Source: Minisyncoccota bacterium (GTDB lineage Bacteria; Patescibacteriota; Minisyncoccia; Phycocordibacterales; SBAW01). Taken from it: a stretch of DNA of 64,000 bases. Every line of letters begins with the position of its first letter. Positions within the stretch are counted from its first letter, which is position 1. Where the stretch lies: positions 49,071-113,070 of the forward strand of contig DASZRD010000009.1 in NCBI GenBank assembly GCA_035549255.1, written 5' to 3'. The notes beneath the pieces were generated by a model that made no database searches, was not told the DNA's origin, and was given only the letters and a program-made list of their open reading frames with translations. Of this stretch, positions 56,144-64,000 are shown piece by piece. A program made the translations under genes and the position numbers.

Positions 56144-59137
56144 CTAGAGCGCCTTGAGCTTGTCGGCCACTATGGAAAGCTCGCCGTTGCGGTTGCTAAG
56201 CCGGCCCTTGAGCGCTATCACGCGCTCGGGCTGGAGGATCTCGCGGAACTCTTTGTAAATCCTCGGAAAGATCGCCGCCTCGAGGCTGCCGTCGAAGTCG
56301 CTGATCTTGACGAACGCCATCTGGTCGCCGCCTTTGGTGAGTATCGTTCGCACGGCTTCCACCATGCCTGCGGCAACGACCGTCATGCCCGGCACCGTGT
56401 CGCGCCGCAGCTGCCCGAGCGTCATCGGGCGCTTGGACAGCTGCTCCTTAAAGCGGTCGAGCGGATGGCCCGAAATATAGAGGCCGAGCAATTCTTTTTC
56501 CCAAGCGAGGCGCGTCTCTTGCGGCACTTCGGGTGCTTGCGGGATCACGACGTCGCTCACGCTGGCGCCAAGCGAGGCAAAAAGCGAGTCATGCGACTGC
56601 TCTTTCATCGCCTCGCGATGGTACTCGAGGAGATGCTCGATCGATGCGAGCATGCTGCTCCGGTCGCCGAAGGAATCGAGCGCGCCGCACTGGATAAGCG
56701 ACTCGAGGCCTTTCTTGTTGAGGTTCTGATCTTTCACCCGTCGCAAGAAATCGGACAGCGTAGTGAAGCGGCCATTGCGCTTCCGCTCGGCGATGATCGC
56801 GTCCGCCACGCCGCGGCCGAAGTTCTTGATCGAATAGAGGCCGAAGCGGATGCAATCTGTCTCGATATCGCCCGCGAGCGCCGCAGCCTCGGACGTGCGC
56901 GCGCTCTTCGGGCTTGCAAGCGCGGTGAAGCCGCCAAAGCTCTCATTGACATCGGGTGCGAGGACCGGGATGCCGATGCGCTTGCACTCCGCGACCATGA
57001 TAGCGACCGTCTCGACATCGCCCGCTTCGGCAGTGAGCACGGCCGCCATGTACTCGACCGGGTAATTGGCCTTGAGGTATGCGGTCTGGTACGCGACGCG
57101 GCCGTAGGACGCCGAGTGCGCCTTGTTGAAACCGTACGCAGCGAAAGGCTCGATCCAGTTCCATACCTCCTCAGCTTTGCGCTGCGGCCACTTGGAGTGC
57201 TCCATGCAGCCGTGGATAAATTTTTCCTTCTGCTTGGCCATCTCCTCGGGGATCTTCTTGCCGACCGCCTTGCGGAACTTGTCGACGTCGCCCCAGGAAT
57301 ATCCGGCCAGGTCGTGCGCCATGATGAGCAAGTCGTCCTGGTAGACCAGGATGCCGTAGGTCTGCTTGAGGATAGGCTCCATCGCGGGGTCGAGGTAGCG
57401 GATGAGTGCGGGGTTATGCTTGCGCTCGATATATTGCGGGATAAATTGCATCGGGCCGGGGCGGTAGAGCGCCACCATCGCGTTGATATCGTGGATCGAC
57501 GTCGGCCGGAGCTCCTTGAGGAACCTGGTCATACCTGCGCCGTTGAGCTGGAAGGTCGCTTCGGTGTCGCCGCGCGTGAGCATCTCATAGGTCTTCTTGT
57601 CGTCGAGCGGGATCGCCTCGATGTCGAGTGTAGTGCCGCGGATCGTCTCGACCAGCTCGACTGCGCTCGCGAGGATCGTCAGGTTGCGGATACCGAGGAA
57701 GTCGAACTTAGTAAGGCCGACACCGTCCTCGCCTACGCTGTACATGTCGTACTGCGTGATCATCTTGCCGCCCTTGGGGTCGAGCTGGAGCGGCGTGTAG
57801 TCGATCAGCGGCCGCGGCGAGATGACCACGCCGGCCGCGTGGACGCCGACGTGGCGCGCGCAGCCTTCGATCGACTTCCCGAGGTCGACGATCTCGCGCG
57901 CCTCCGGCTCATTATCGTAAATCTTTTTAAATTCCGGATTTTCATTCAATGCGCGCTCGAGCGTCATGGGGAAGCCCTGGCTGCCGAAGGGGATCTCCTT
58001 GGCGATGCGGTCGCCCAGCCCATAGGGCTGGCCCAGCGCGCGTGCGACGTCACGCACGACGCCGCGCGCGAGCATGGTGCCGAAAGTGCCGATCTGTCCC
58101 ACCTTGTCCTCGCCATATTTTCTGCGCGCGTAGTCGATGACCTCGTCGCGCCGATCGTCAGCGAAGTCCATGTCGATATCGGGTGCCGAGGGGCGCTCGG
58201 GGTTGAGGAAACGCTCGAAGGGGATCTTGTACTCAAGCGGGTCTATCTTGGTGATTTGGAGAAGATACGTCGTCATTGAGCCCGCTACGCTGCCGCGGAT
58301 GTTGGTGTAGATATTATTTTCGCGTGCGAAGCGGATGAGGTCCTCGACGACGAGGAAGTACGCGGCATAGCCCTTGAACTTGATGATGCCGAGCTCATAG
58401 TCGAGACGCTCCATGACGTCAGGCTTTCCCTCGAGCCTGCGCGCCTTGAGGCCTTTGAGGCACAGTGCGCGCAAAACATCGTCGGCATTCTCTTCCGGCG
58501 GCAATTCGAAGTGCGGGAAAATAAACTTGCCCAGCGTGAGCTCTAGGTTGCAGGCGTCGGCGATCTCGAGGGTCTTCTCGAGCTGCGCTGGGGTGAAGCG
58601 CTCTTCCATCTCGGCGGCGGCCGGGAAGTGCTGCGGCTCATCGTCCGCGTCGATATCGCCGCCCTCGTTTGCCCCCGGGTCGGCGATGGCGCGCATCGTC
58701 TCCCACGCTCTGCGGTCCTGCGGGTCGAGATAAAAGATCTCTGGCAGCGCGACGTCGCTCTGCCTGGGGTCGAGCGCGATAATTCCCTCGCGGTACGCCG
58801 CGATCATCGCCTCTGTTACGGTCGGGTTGTTTGGGAACTCGAGGTGCGATTTCGTAACGAGCTGGAGCAGATTCTGATACCCCGTAAAATCTTTCGCATA
58901 GAACAGCTGCCGTCGGTTGTCGCCTACATGCGCGTCGAGCCCGACGATGGGCTTGATGCCGGCGCTCTTACATTCTTTATAAAATTCGATCGCGCCGTAG
59001 AGATTATTAAGATCAGTGAGTGCCAGCGCCTCGCATCCTGCGGCTTTGGCCCGCGCGACCAGGTCGGGGATCTTCGGCAGCGCGTGCAAGAGCGAGTAGT
59101 GCGAGTGGGCGTGAAGGTAAGCAAACTTGGCAGCCAT
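56144..59137 (-). CDS. dnaE: DNA polymerase III alpha subunit, 997-aa form
   Basis: It has the PHP domain N-terminus (YLHAHSHYSLL) and the Pol IIIA palm and fingers regions. Confidence 0.85.
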   Translation of the reverse strand: MAAKFAYLHAHSHYSLLHALPKIPDLVARAKAAGCEALALTDLNNLYGAIEFYKECKSAGIKPIVGLDAHVGDNRRQLFYAKDFTGYQNLLQLVTKSHLEFPNNPTVTEAMIAAYREGIIALDPRQSDVALPEIFYLDPQDRRAWETMRAIADPGANEGGDIDADDEPQHFPAAAEMEERFTPAQLEKTLEIADACNLELTLGKFIFPHFELPPEENADDVLRALCLKGLKARRLEGKPDVMERLDYELGIIKFKGYAAYFLVVEDLIRFARENNIYTNIRGSVAGSMTTYLLQITKIDPLEYKIPFERFLNPERPSAPDIDMDFADDRRDEVIDYARRKYGEDKVGQIGTFGTMLARGVVRDVARALGQPYGLGDRIAKEIPFGSQGFPMTLERALNENPEFKKIYDNEPEAREIVDLGKSIEGCARHVGVHAAGVVISPRPLIDYTPLQLDPKGGKMITQYDMYSVGEDGVGLTKFDFLGIRNLTILASAVELVETIRGTTLDIEAIPLDDKKTYEMLTRGDTEATFQLNGAGMTRFLKELRPTSIHDINAMVALYRPGPMQFIPQYIERKHNPALIRYLDPAMEPILKQTYGILVYQDDLLIMAHDLAGYSWGDVDKFRKAVGKKIPEEMAKQKEKFIHGCMEHSKWPQRKAEEVWNWIEPFAAYGFNKAHSASYGRVAYQTAYLKANYPVEYMAAVLTAEAGDVETVAIMVAECKRIGIPVLAPDVNESFGGFTALASPKSARTSEAAALAGDIETDCIRFGLYSIKNFGRGVADAIIAERKRNGRFTTLSDFLRRVKDQNLNKKGLESLIQCGALDSFGDRSSMLASIEHLLEYHREAMKEQSHDSLFASLGASVSDVVIPQAPEVPQETRLAWEKELLGLYISGHPLDRFKEQLSKRPMTLGQLRRDTVPGMTVVAAGMVEAVRTILTKGGDQMAFVKISDFDGSLEAAIFPRIYKEFREILQPERVIALKGRLSNRNGELSIVADKLKAL

Positions 59138-59157
59138 AAACCCAGTATACTCTTTGT

Positions 59158-59754
59158 ATGGAGCAATTTCTCGTCGGGATCGATGAGGCCGGTCGCGGGC
59201 CTTTGGCGGGGCCAGTGGCGGTCGGCGTCGTGGCGGCGCCGTCTTCCTTTAATATGCATTTGCTCGACGGCGTGCGAGACAGCAAGCAGATGACCGAACT
59301 CGGCCGCGAGATCTGGTTTGAGAAATTGCGGGTATTTGAGGAAGAAGAGGGGCTCAAGTGGAATGTGCAATTCTCCTCCGCGCTATATATAGATACCTAC
59401 GGCATCGTGCCCGCAATCAAGCGCGCACTCTCCCGGGCTTTGCGCGCGCTGGAGCTTGACCCTGCTCATGCGCGCATACTTCTTGACGGGTCGCTGAAGG
59501 CTCCCAAGCATTTTCTCGATCAGGAAACGATCATCCGCGGCGACGATAGCGAGCCGATCATCTCGATTGCATCCGTTGCTGCAAAAGTCCGCCGCGACCG
59601 CTTGATGCGCAAGATTGCGATTAAATATCCTGACTATAGTTTTGAAATACATAAAGGGTACGGGACGAAATCGCATCGTGAAGCGATCATGAAATACGGG
59701 TTGAGCGATATGCACCGTGCGACATTCTGTAAGTTGAAAAAAGGGGAGAAATAA
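59158..59754 (+). CDS. rnhB: Ribonuclease HII
   Basis: It has the GIDEAGRGPLAGPV motif. Confidence 0.85.
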   Translation: MEQFLVGIDEAGRGPLAGPVAVGVVAAPSSFNMHLLDGVRDSKQMTELGREIWFEKLRVFEEEEGLKWNVQFSSALYIDTYGIVPAIKRALSRALRALELDPAHARILLDGSLKAPKHFLDQETIIRGDDSEPIISIASVAAKVRRDRLMRKIAIKYPDYSFEIHKGYGTKSHREAIMKYGLSDMHRATFCKLKKGEK

Positions 59755-59815
59755 CGTATAGTTAAAAACCGGAATTCAGTACTCGTGCGGCCAACAAAAT
59801 CCTAGGGAGACTCTC

Positions 59816-60034
59816 TTGAGGAGACTGTTTTGCAAGGACTGCCCCCTCTTTCGAGGGATAACAAAAGGCGGCAAAAGAACGAAAGTGCTTTGCCGTGCTG
59901 GATGCGAGCAAGAAGAGAAGCCAATCGAGCGGGACGGCGTATACGTCGAGCAAGGCGAATGCAAAGTCATACCTCTTCATATCCTCGCCCAAGTGGCTCG
60001 GGCGCAGCCCGAACTCGTTCGTTATCAAACATAA
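59816..60034 (+). CDS. Possible Cys-rich small protein (72 aa)
   Basis: It has CKDC...CRAGC...C cysteine pairs and is followed 24 nt downstream by a terminator hairpin. This is a weak call. Confidence 0.2.
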   Translation: MRRLFCKDCPLFRGITKGGKRTKVLCRAGCEQEEKPIERDGVYVEQGECKVIPLHILAQVARAQPELVRYQT

Positions 60035-60057
60035 CCGCTATCGTCTCACGCTTCGAA

Positions 60058-60091
60058 CCCCGACCGTATCCACGGCCGGGGTTTGTCTTTT
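60058..60091 (+). terminator. Hairpin plus T-tract terminator
   Basis: CCCCGACCG-tatcca-CGGCCGGGG carries one mismatch and is followed by TTTGTCTTTT. Confidence 0.5.
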
Positions 60092-60117
60092 AAGGGTATT
60101 TCTGGTATAGTCCTTGC

Positions 60118-60354
60118 ATGGTCAACCATATGAGACATACGCGCTCGCAGACGGCTAACCGCCGTTCGCATCATGCGCTGAAGGTCCACAGCCTCGCTAC
60201 CTGCGAGTGCGGTGCTCCTCGCGTGTCTCATCGGGCATGCCCGGAGTGCGGCCGCTACAATGGCCGGGTCGTTATCGATATCGCCGGTAAGGCGGCAGCG
60301 AAGGCGTCCAAGCGCAAGGCAGCAGAGGGAAGTAAGAGCGAGGCGCAGAAGTAG
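60118..60354 (+). CDS. rpmF: 50S ribosomal protein L32
   Basis: It has the L32 signature RRSHHAL and a C4 zinc ribbon. Confidence 0.8.
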   Translation: MVNHMRHTRSQTANRRSHHALKVHSLATCECGAPRVSHRACPECGRYNGRVVIDIAGKAAAKASKRKAAEGSKSEAQK

Positions 60355-60423
60355 TAATCTGCCTTTTCTCTTGGGTCTATCTCGTGCGAGGTCCGCTCTA
60401 GGTCGGTCAGGCTCTTTGAACTC

Positions 60424-61347
60424 ATGGCAAATAGGCATTTATCCCGCTCGGTCGTACTCCAAACACTCTTCGAGTGTGATGTCCGGAATCTTGCGCCGGA
60501 ATCCGCGCGTGAGTCGCTCATGCGCAATATGACCGAGTTCGCGCCTGCGGCGGGCGATACGCCCTTCGTCGAAGAACTTCTGCGCGGTGTCATCGAGCGC
60601 AAGCAAGACCTTGATCTTGTAATCGAGAAGGCTGCGCCCGAGTGGCCGCTCGAGCGCATCGCGCCCGTCGACCGCAACGTGCTGCGGCTCGGCCTCTACG
60701 AGCTCCTCTTTGCCGACCGCGACAAGGTGCCAGCAAAGGTGGCGATCAACGAAGCGATCGAGCTTGCCAAGACCTTCGGCGGTGAGAATTCCGGCCGCTT
60801 TGTCAACGGCGTCCTCGGCGCCGTCTATAAAGAGCTTGGCGAGCCGGGTAAGGACGAGGTCAGCAAGAAAAAGAAAGACGTCCCGTACGAGGAGATGCCG
60901 GTGCAGCACCTCGGCGGCGCGGTTGTCTACGCCAAGCAGGGCAAGGATGTGTACTTGGCGCTCGTGCACGACATCTTCGGCCACTGGACATTGAGCAAGG
61001 GCAAGATCGGCGACAGCGAGGCGACCAAGAACGAGACGGTTGAAGAGGGCACGATCCGCGAGATCAAGGAAGAGATCGGGCTCGATATCACGATCAAGGA
61101 GAAGATCGGCGAGAACGAGTACGTGGCAAGCGACCCCAAGACGGGGAAGAAGCGCAAGCACGTGACCTACTTCTTGGCCGAGGCGCCGTTTACCGAAGTG
61201 AAGCTCGAGCAGAAGGGCGGGCTCGACGACGCGCGCTGGTTCCGCCTCAAGGACGCGCTCGAGCTCAATTTTTATGAGGACATGCTGCCCCTCGTCACTA
61301 AAGCCGTGCATCTATTAACCGAAACTACTCCGCAGGAAAAGAAATAA
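60424..61347 (+). CDS. nusB: NusB transcription antitermination factor fused to a C-terminal NUDIX hydrolase domain
   Basis: Residues 1-140 are NusB-like (LYELLF, VAINEAIELAK). Residues ~170-300 carry the Nudix box GKIGDSEATKNETVEEGTIREIKEEIGL. Confidence 0.7.
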   Translation: MANRHLSRSVVLQTLFECDVRNLAPESARESLMRNMTEFAPAAGDTPFVEELLRGVIERKQDLDLVIEKAAPEWPLERIAPVDRNVLRLGLYELLFADRDKVPAKVAINEAIELAKTFGGENSGRFVNGVLGAVYKELGEPGKDEVSKKKKDVPYEEMPVQHLGGAVVYAKQGKDVYLALVHDIFGHWTLSKGKIGDSEATKNETVEEGTIREIKEEIGLDITIKEKIGENEYVASDPKTGKKRKHVTYFLAEAPFTEVKLEQKGGLDDARWFRLKDALELNFYEDMLPLVTKAVHLLTETTPQEKK

Positions 61348-61353
61348 CAGGAT

Positions 61354-62046
61354 ATGCAGAAGGATTTCGTGCAGTTCGAGAAGTCGATCAGCATCACGTT
61401 CCATAATTTAAAGCTGCTCCGCCAGGCCTTCACGCACCGCTCGTACCTCAACGAGCACCGGAGCGAGGGCGGCGAGCACAACGAGCGGCTCGAGTTCTTG
61501 GGCGACGCCGTGCTCGAGCTTGTCTCGACGCGGTTCCTCTTTGATAAATTTCCGACGTATCCGGAAGGCGACCTCACGGCATTCCGCGCTGCACTCGTTA
61601 ACGCGGTCACGTGTTCAGAAGTCGCAAACGAATTGGGCATGAATGAGTATCTTTTGCTTTCCAAGGGCGAGAGCAAGGACAACGGCCGCGCGCGCGGCGT
61701 TCTCCTCGCTAATGCCTTCGAGGCGCTGGTGGGCGCTATCTATCTCGACCAAGGCTACGACGCCGCGCAGCAATTTATAGAGAAGCATCTGCTCCCTAAG
61801 CTCGACATGATCGTCAAGAAGAAGCTCTGGCGCGATGCAAAGTCGACTCTGCAGGAGAAGGCGCAAGAGGCTGAGGGCGCGACACCCTCCTATGCCGTTA
61901 TCCGTGAGACAGGTCCCGACCACGACAAGCAGTTCGTCGTTGGCGTATATGTACGTGATACGCAGCTCGCGCAAGGCATGGGCAAAAGCAAACAAGAAGC
62001 CGAGCAATCGGCAGCCCAAGCCGCCCTTGAAGCCAAGGGGTGGTAA
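61354..62046 (+). CDS. rnc: Ribonuclease III
   Basis: It has the RNase III signature ERLEFLGDAVLEL and a dsRBD C-terminus. Confidence 0.9.
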   Translation: MQKDFVQFEKSISITFHNLKLLRQAFTHRSYLNEHRSEGGEHNERLEFLGDAVLELVSTRFLFDKFPTYPEGDLTAFRAALVNAVTCSEVANELGMNEYLLLSKGESKDNGRARGVLLANAFEALVGAIYLDQGYDAAQQFIEKHLLPKLDMIVKKKLWRDAKSTLQEKAQEAEGATPSYAVIRETGPDHDKQFVVGVYVRDTQLAQGMGKSKQEAEQSAAQAALEAKGW

Positions 62047-62066
62047 TTATTTGATAGAATACGGGC

Positions 62067-64000
62067 ATGCGTTTAAAGAGCATCGAGCTCTCGGGGTTTA
62101 AGTCTTTTGCTAAAAAGACGACTCTTGAATTTGCCTCATCCATCACCGCGATCGTCGGGCCCAACGGCTCGGGCAAGTCCAATACCGCCGAGTCCTTCCG
62201 CTTCGTACTCGGCGAGCAGTCGATGAAATCGATGCGCGGCCGCAAAGGCGAAGACATGATCTGGAACGGCTCTGGAGCGGTGCCGCGCGCAGGGCGCGCG
62301 GGCGTGAAATTAGTCTTTGATAATACCGACCGCGCGCTCAACCTCGACTTCGACGAGGTAACGATCGAGCGCGTCGTCTACCGCGACGGCGCGAATGATT
62401 ATTTGCTCAATGGTAGCCAGGTGCGTCTGCGCGATATTGCGGAACTCTTAAGCCAGGCGAATATCGGCGCATCGGGTCACCATATCATTTCCCAAGGCGA
62501 GGCGGACCGCATACTCTCCTCAAGCAGCCGCGAGCGCCGTGAGATGATCGAGGACGCGCTGGGCCTCACTGCGTATCTTTATAAGCGGGAAGAAGCCGAG
62601 CGTAAGCTCGAAAGGGCGGCAGAAAATATGCGCGAGGTCGAGGCTCTTCGCCGGGAACTCGTGCCGCACCTTAAATTCCTCGCAAGCCAGGTAAAGAAGA
62701 TCGAAGAGGCGCAGGCGCTGCGCGAAAATCTGAGCCAGCTGTATCTCGAATATCTCAAGCGCGAACATATCTACCTTGCGGCGGCCAAAGGCGAGCTCGT
62801 GGCGCTTCAGGAGGCGCCCGCGCGCGAACATGAAGAGCTCGACGAGCGTATCGAGCATCTCAAGCGCGAGCTTGCAAGTAAGGGCAAGAAAGACGCGCGC
62901 ACGCATGAATTGATCGAGCTTGAGGAAGAAGGCCGGAATCTCGCGCGCCGCCGCGACACGGCGGCGCGCGAGCTCGGCCGCATCGAGGGCGAGCTTGCCG
63001 CGCACGAGCGCTTGTCGAGCGCAAGCGAAGGGAGCGTGCCCGCGGGCGAGGTGAGGACCTTCGCGGCGCGCGTGCGTGACGAGCTCGAGGCGCTCCAAAG
63101 TCTCGAAGGGGATACGCTCCGCGCGCGCGTCCAGTCCCTGCTTTCGCTCGCGCGCGACTTCGTGCGCAGTATTGTCGATCGCTCATCCTCCGGCGGCAAC
63201 GACAAGCGCAACCTCGCGCGCAAAAAGTCCGAGCTCGAATCCGATATGCAGGAACTTGAAGCGGCCGAGGAACGCGTTGCCAAGCAGGTAGCAGAATTGC
63301 GTACGAGTATCGAGAGCGAGAAGGACGCTTCGCGCGAGGCGGAGCGAGAACTCTTCCAGGCGATGGCCAAGCGCAGCGAGCTTGCCGCGACGCTCGCACA
63401 GATTAAGAACAAGCGCGAGATCCTCTCGCGCGAGGAAGATGCTTTCAAGGCAGAATTTGCCGAAGCGGGCGCACTTATCGGCCGCGATGCGCTTACCTAT
63501 GAAGAGTATGACGTACGGGCGCCCAACGGCGAGCGGGTTGAAGAGTCCGAGATGCTCGATGAAGGCCGTGGCAAGCAAGAAGAGCGCCACAAGAAGCTCG
63601 AGCGCATGAAAATAAAATTGGAGGAGATTGGCGCAGGGGACTCGAGCGAAGTGCTCAAAGAGCATAAAGAAACCACCGAGCGCGACCAATTCCTCGCGCG
63701 CGAGCTTGCCGACATCACGCTTTCCTCGGAGAAGCTCCATCAGCTTATCGACGAGCTCACCGAGACGCTTGAGACCAGATTTACCGAAGGTATCGAGCGC
63801 ATCAATACCGAATTCGACCGCTTCTTCAAGCTCATGTTCGGCGGCGGCACGGCGGCGCTTCAAATCGTAAAGGAAACTAGGCAGAAGCGTGCGAGCCTCG
63901 CGCTTATCGATGATGAAGATACAGGCAGTGCCGATAATGATGAGGGTGATAACGAAGAGACAGAAGAGGGGATCGAGATCGCGATCACCCTCCCGCACAA
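62067..64000 (+). CDS. smc: Chromosome segregation protein SMC, 3'-partial
   Basis: The N-terminus MRLKSIELSGFKSF...GPNGSGKSN has the Walker A motif and is followed by a long coiled coil. The frame is open to the window end. Confidence 0.85.
   Translation, partial: MRLKSIELSGFKSFAKKTTLEFASSITAIVGPNGSGKSNTAESFRFVLGEQSMKSMRGRKGEDMIWNGSGAVPRAGRAGVKLVFDNTDRALNLDFDEVTIERVVYRDGANDYLLNGSQVRLRDIAELLSQANIGASGHHIISQGEADRILSSSSRERREMIEDALGLTAYLYKREEAERKLERAAENMREVEALRRELVPHLKFLASQVKKIEEAQALRENLSQLYLEYLKREHIYLAAAKGELVALQEAPAREHEELDERIEHLKRELASKGKKDARTHELIELEEEGRNLARRRDTAARELGRIEGELAAHERLSSASEGSVPAGEVRTFAARVRDELEALQSLEGDTLRARVQSLLSLARDFVRSIVDRSSSGGNDKRNLARKKSELESDMQELEAAEERVAKQVAELRTSIESEKDASREAERELFQAMAKRSELAATLAQIKNKREILSREEDAFKAEFAEAGALIGRDALTYEEYDVRAPNGERVEESEMLDEGRGKQEERHKKLERMKIKLEEIGAGDSSEVLKEHKETTERDQFLARELADITLSSEKLHQLIDELTETLETRFTEGIERINTEFDRFFKLMFGGGTAALQIVKETRQKRASLALIDDEDTGSADNDEGDNEETEEGIEIAITLPH

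Noticed and set aside
56465-58279. Long antisense ORFs opposite housekeeping genes (604 aa opposite dnaE; 31065..31991 opposite tkt; 36974..38386 opposite the SLT protein; 47642..48787 opposite gyrB; 62807..63448 opposite smc)
   Set aside because: They are Arg/Ala/Leu-rich with no motifs. The sense-strand genes have clear family signatures.

Overview
This 64-kb window is ~60% GC and carries compact, often overlapping genes with no selenocysteine or UGA recoding signs. Many housekeeping proteins are minimal in length (PheT 609 aa, ThrRS 402 aa without editing domain, DnaE 997 aa, EF-Ts 151 aa), which suggests a reduced-genome bacterium, possibly a Patescibacteria/CPR-like lineage; this taxonomic placement is inference.

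The left 28 kb is an accessory, cell-surface locus:
- A 5'-truncated giant repeat protein of more than 6387 aa. It has 44-aa 'SQNGYLSS-DWT-FNNK' tandem repeats, an 8-blade LVIVD-type 'SGKYAYV' beta-propeller region, five 'CGGGGSPFPFTP' modules carried on near-identical ~100-bp DNA direct repeats, and a GS-linker plus Ig-like C-terminus.
- A membrane-anchored class-A beta-lactamase-fold serine hydrolase, 13 nt downstream of the giant gene.
- A tandemly duplicated two-gene cassette: a huge Gly-rich secreted protein built from ~300-aa modules bounded by 'TSGTSWTVPxDW..IEVIGGGGGG' and 'GQGIIVITY', translationally coupled to a conserved ~188-aa membrane-anchored partner ending in '...MQTWKFY'. Each cassette is preceded by the same extended -10 element (TGcGATAAT / TGcGATACT) exactly 11 nt from an identical 'ATGCAGGGCAGG' start. 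I regard this cassette as the most likely undescribed system in the window.

The right 36 kb is mostly housekeeping:
- Sugar-phosphate and core genes: gap, a low-GC orphan ORF, rpiB-rpe-split transketolase, gmk, a PfkB kinase, class II aldolase, rplY, a coiled-coil/SLT protein, rpmE-prfA-rpsB-tsf, tRNA-Thr(UGU), a DsbA-like protein, a GT2 synthase, pheS-pheT, gyrB, thrS, dnaE, rnhB, rpmF, a NusB-NUDIX fusion, rnc, and smc (3'-partial).
- An embedded surface module at 48.8-53.9 kb: a sortase, Ig-repeat proteins and a protein with a CARDB-like domain.

Several rho-independent terminators and a few sigma70-like promoters, some leaderless-like, are visible. No rRNA, CRISPR array, transposase or integrase was found.
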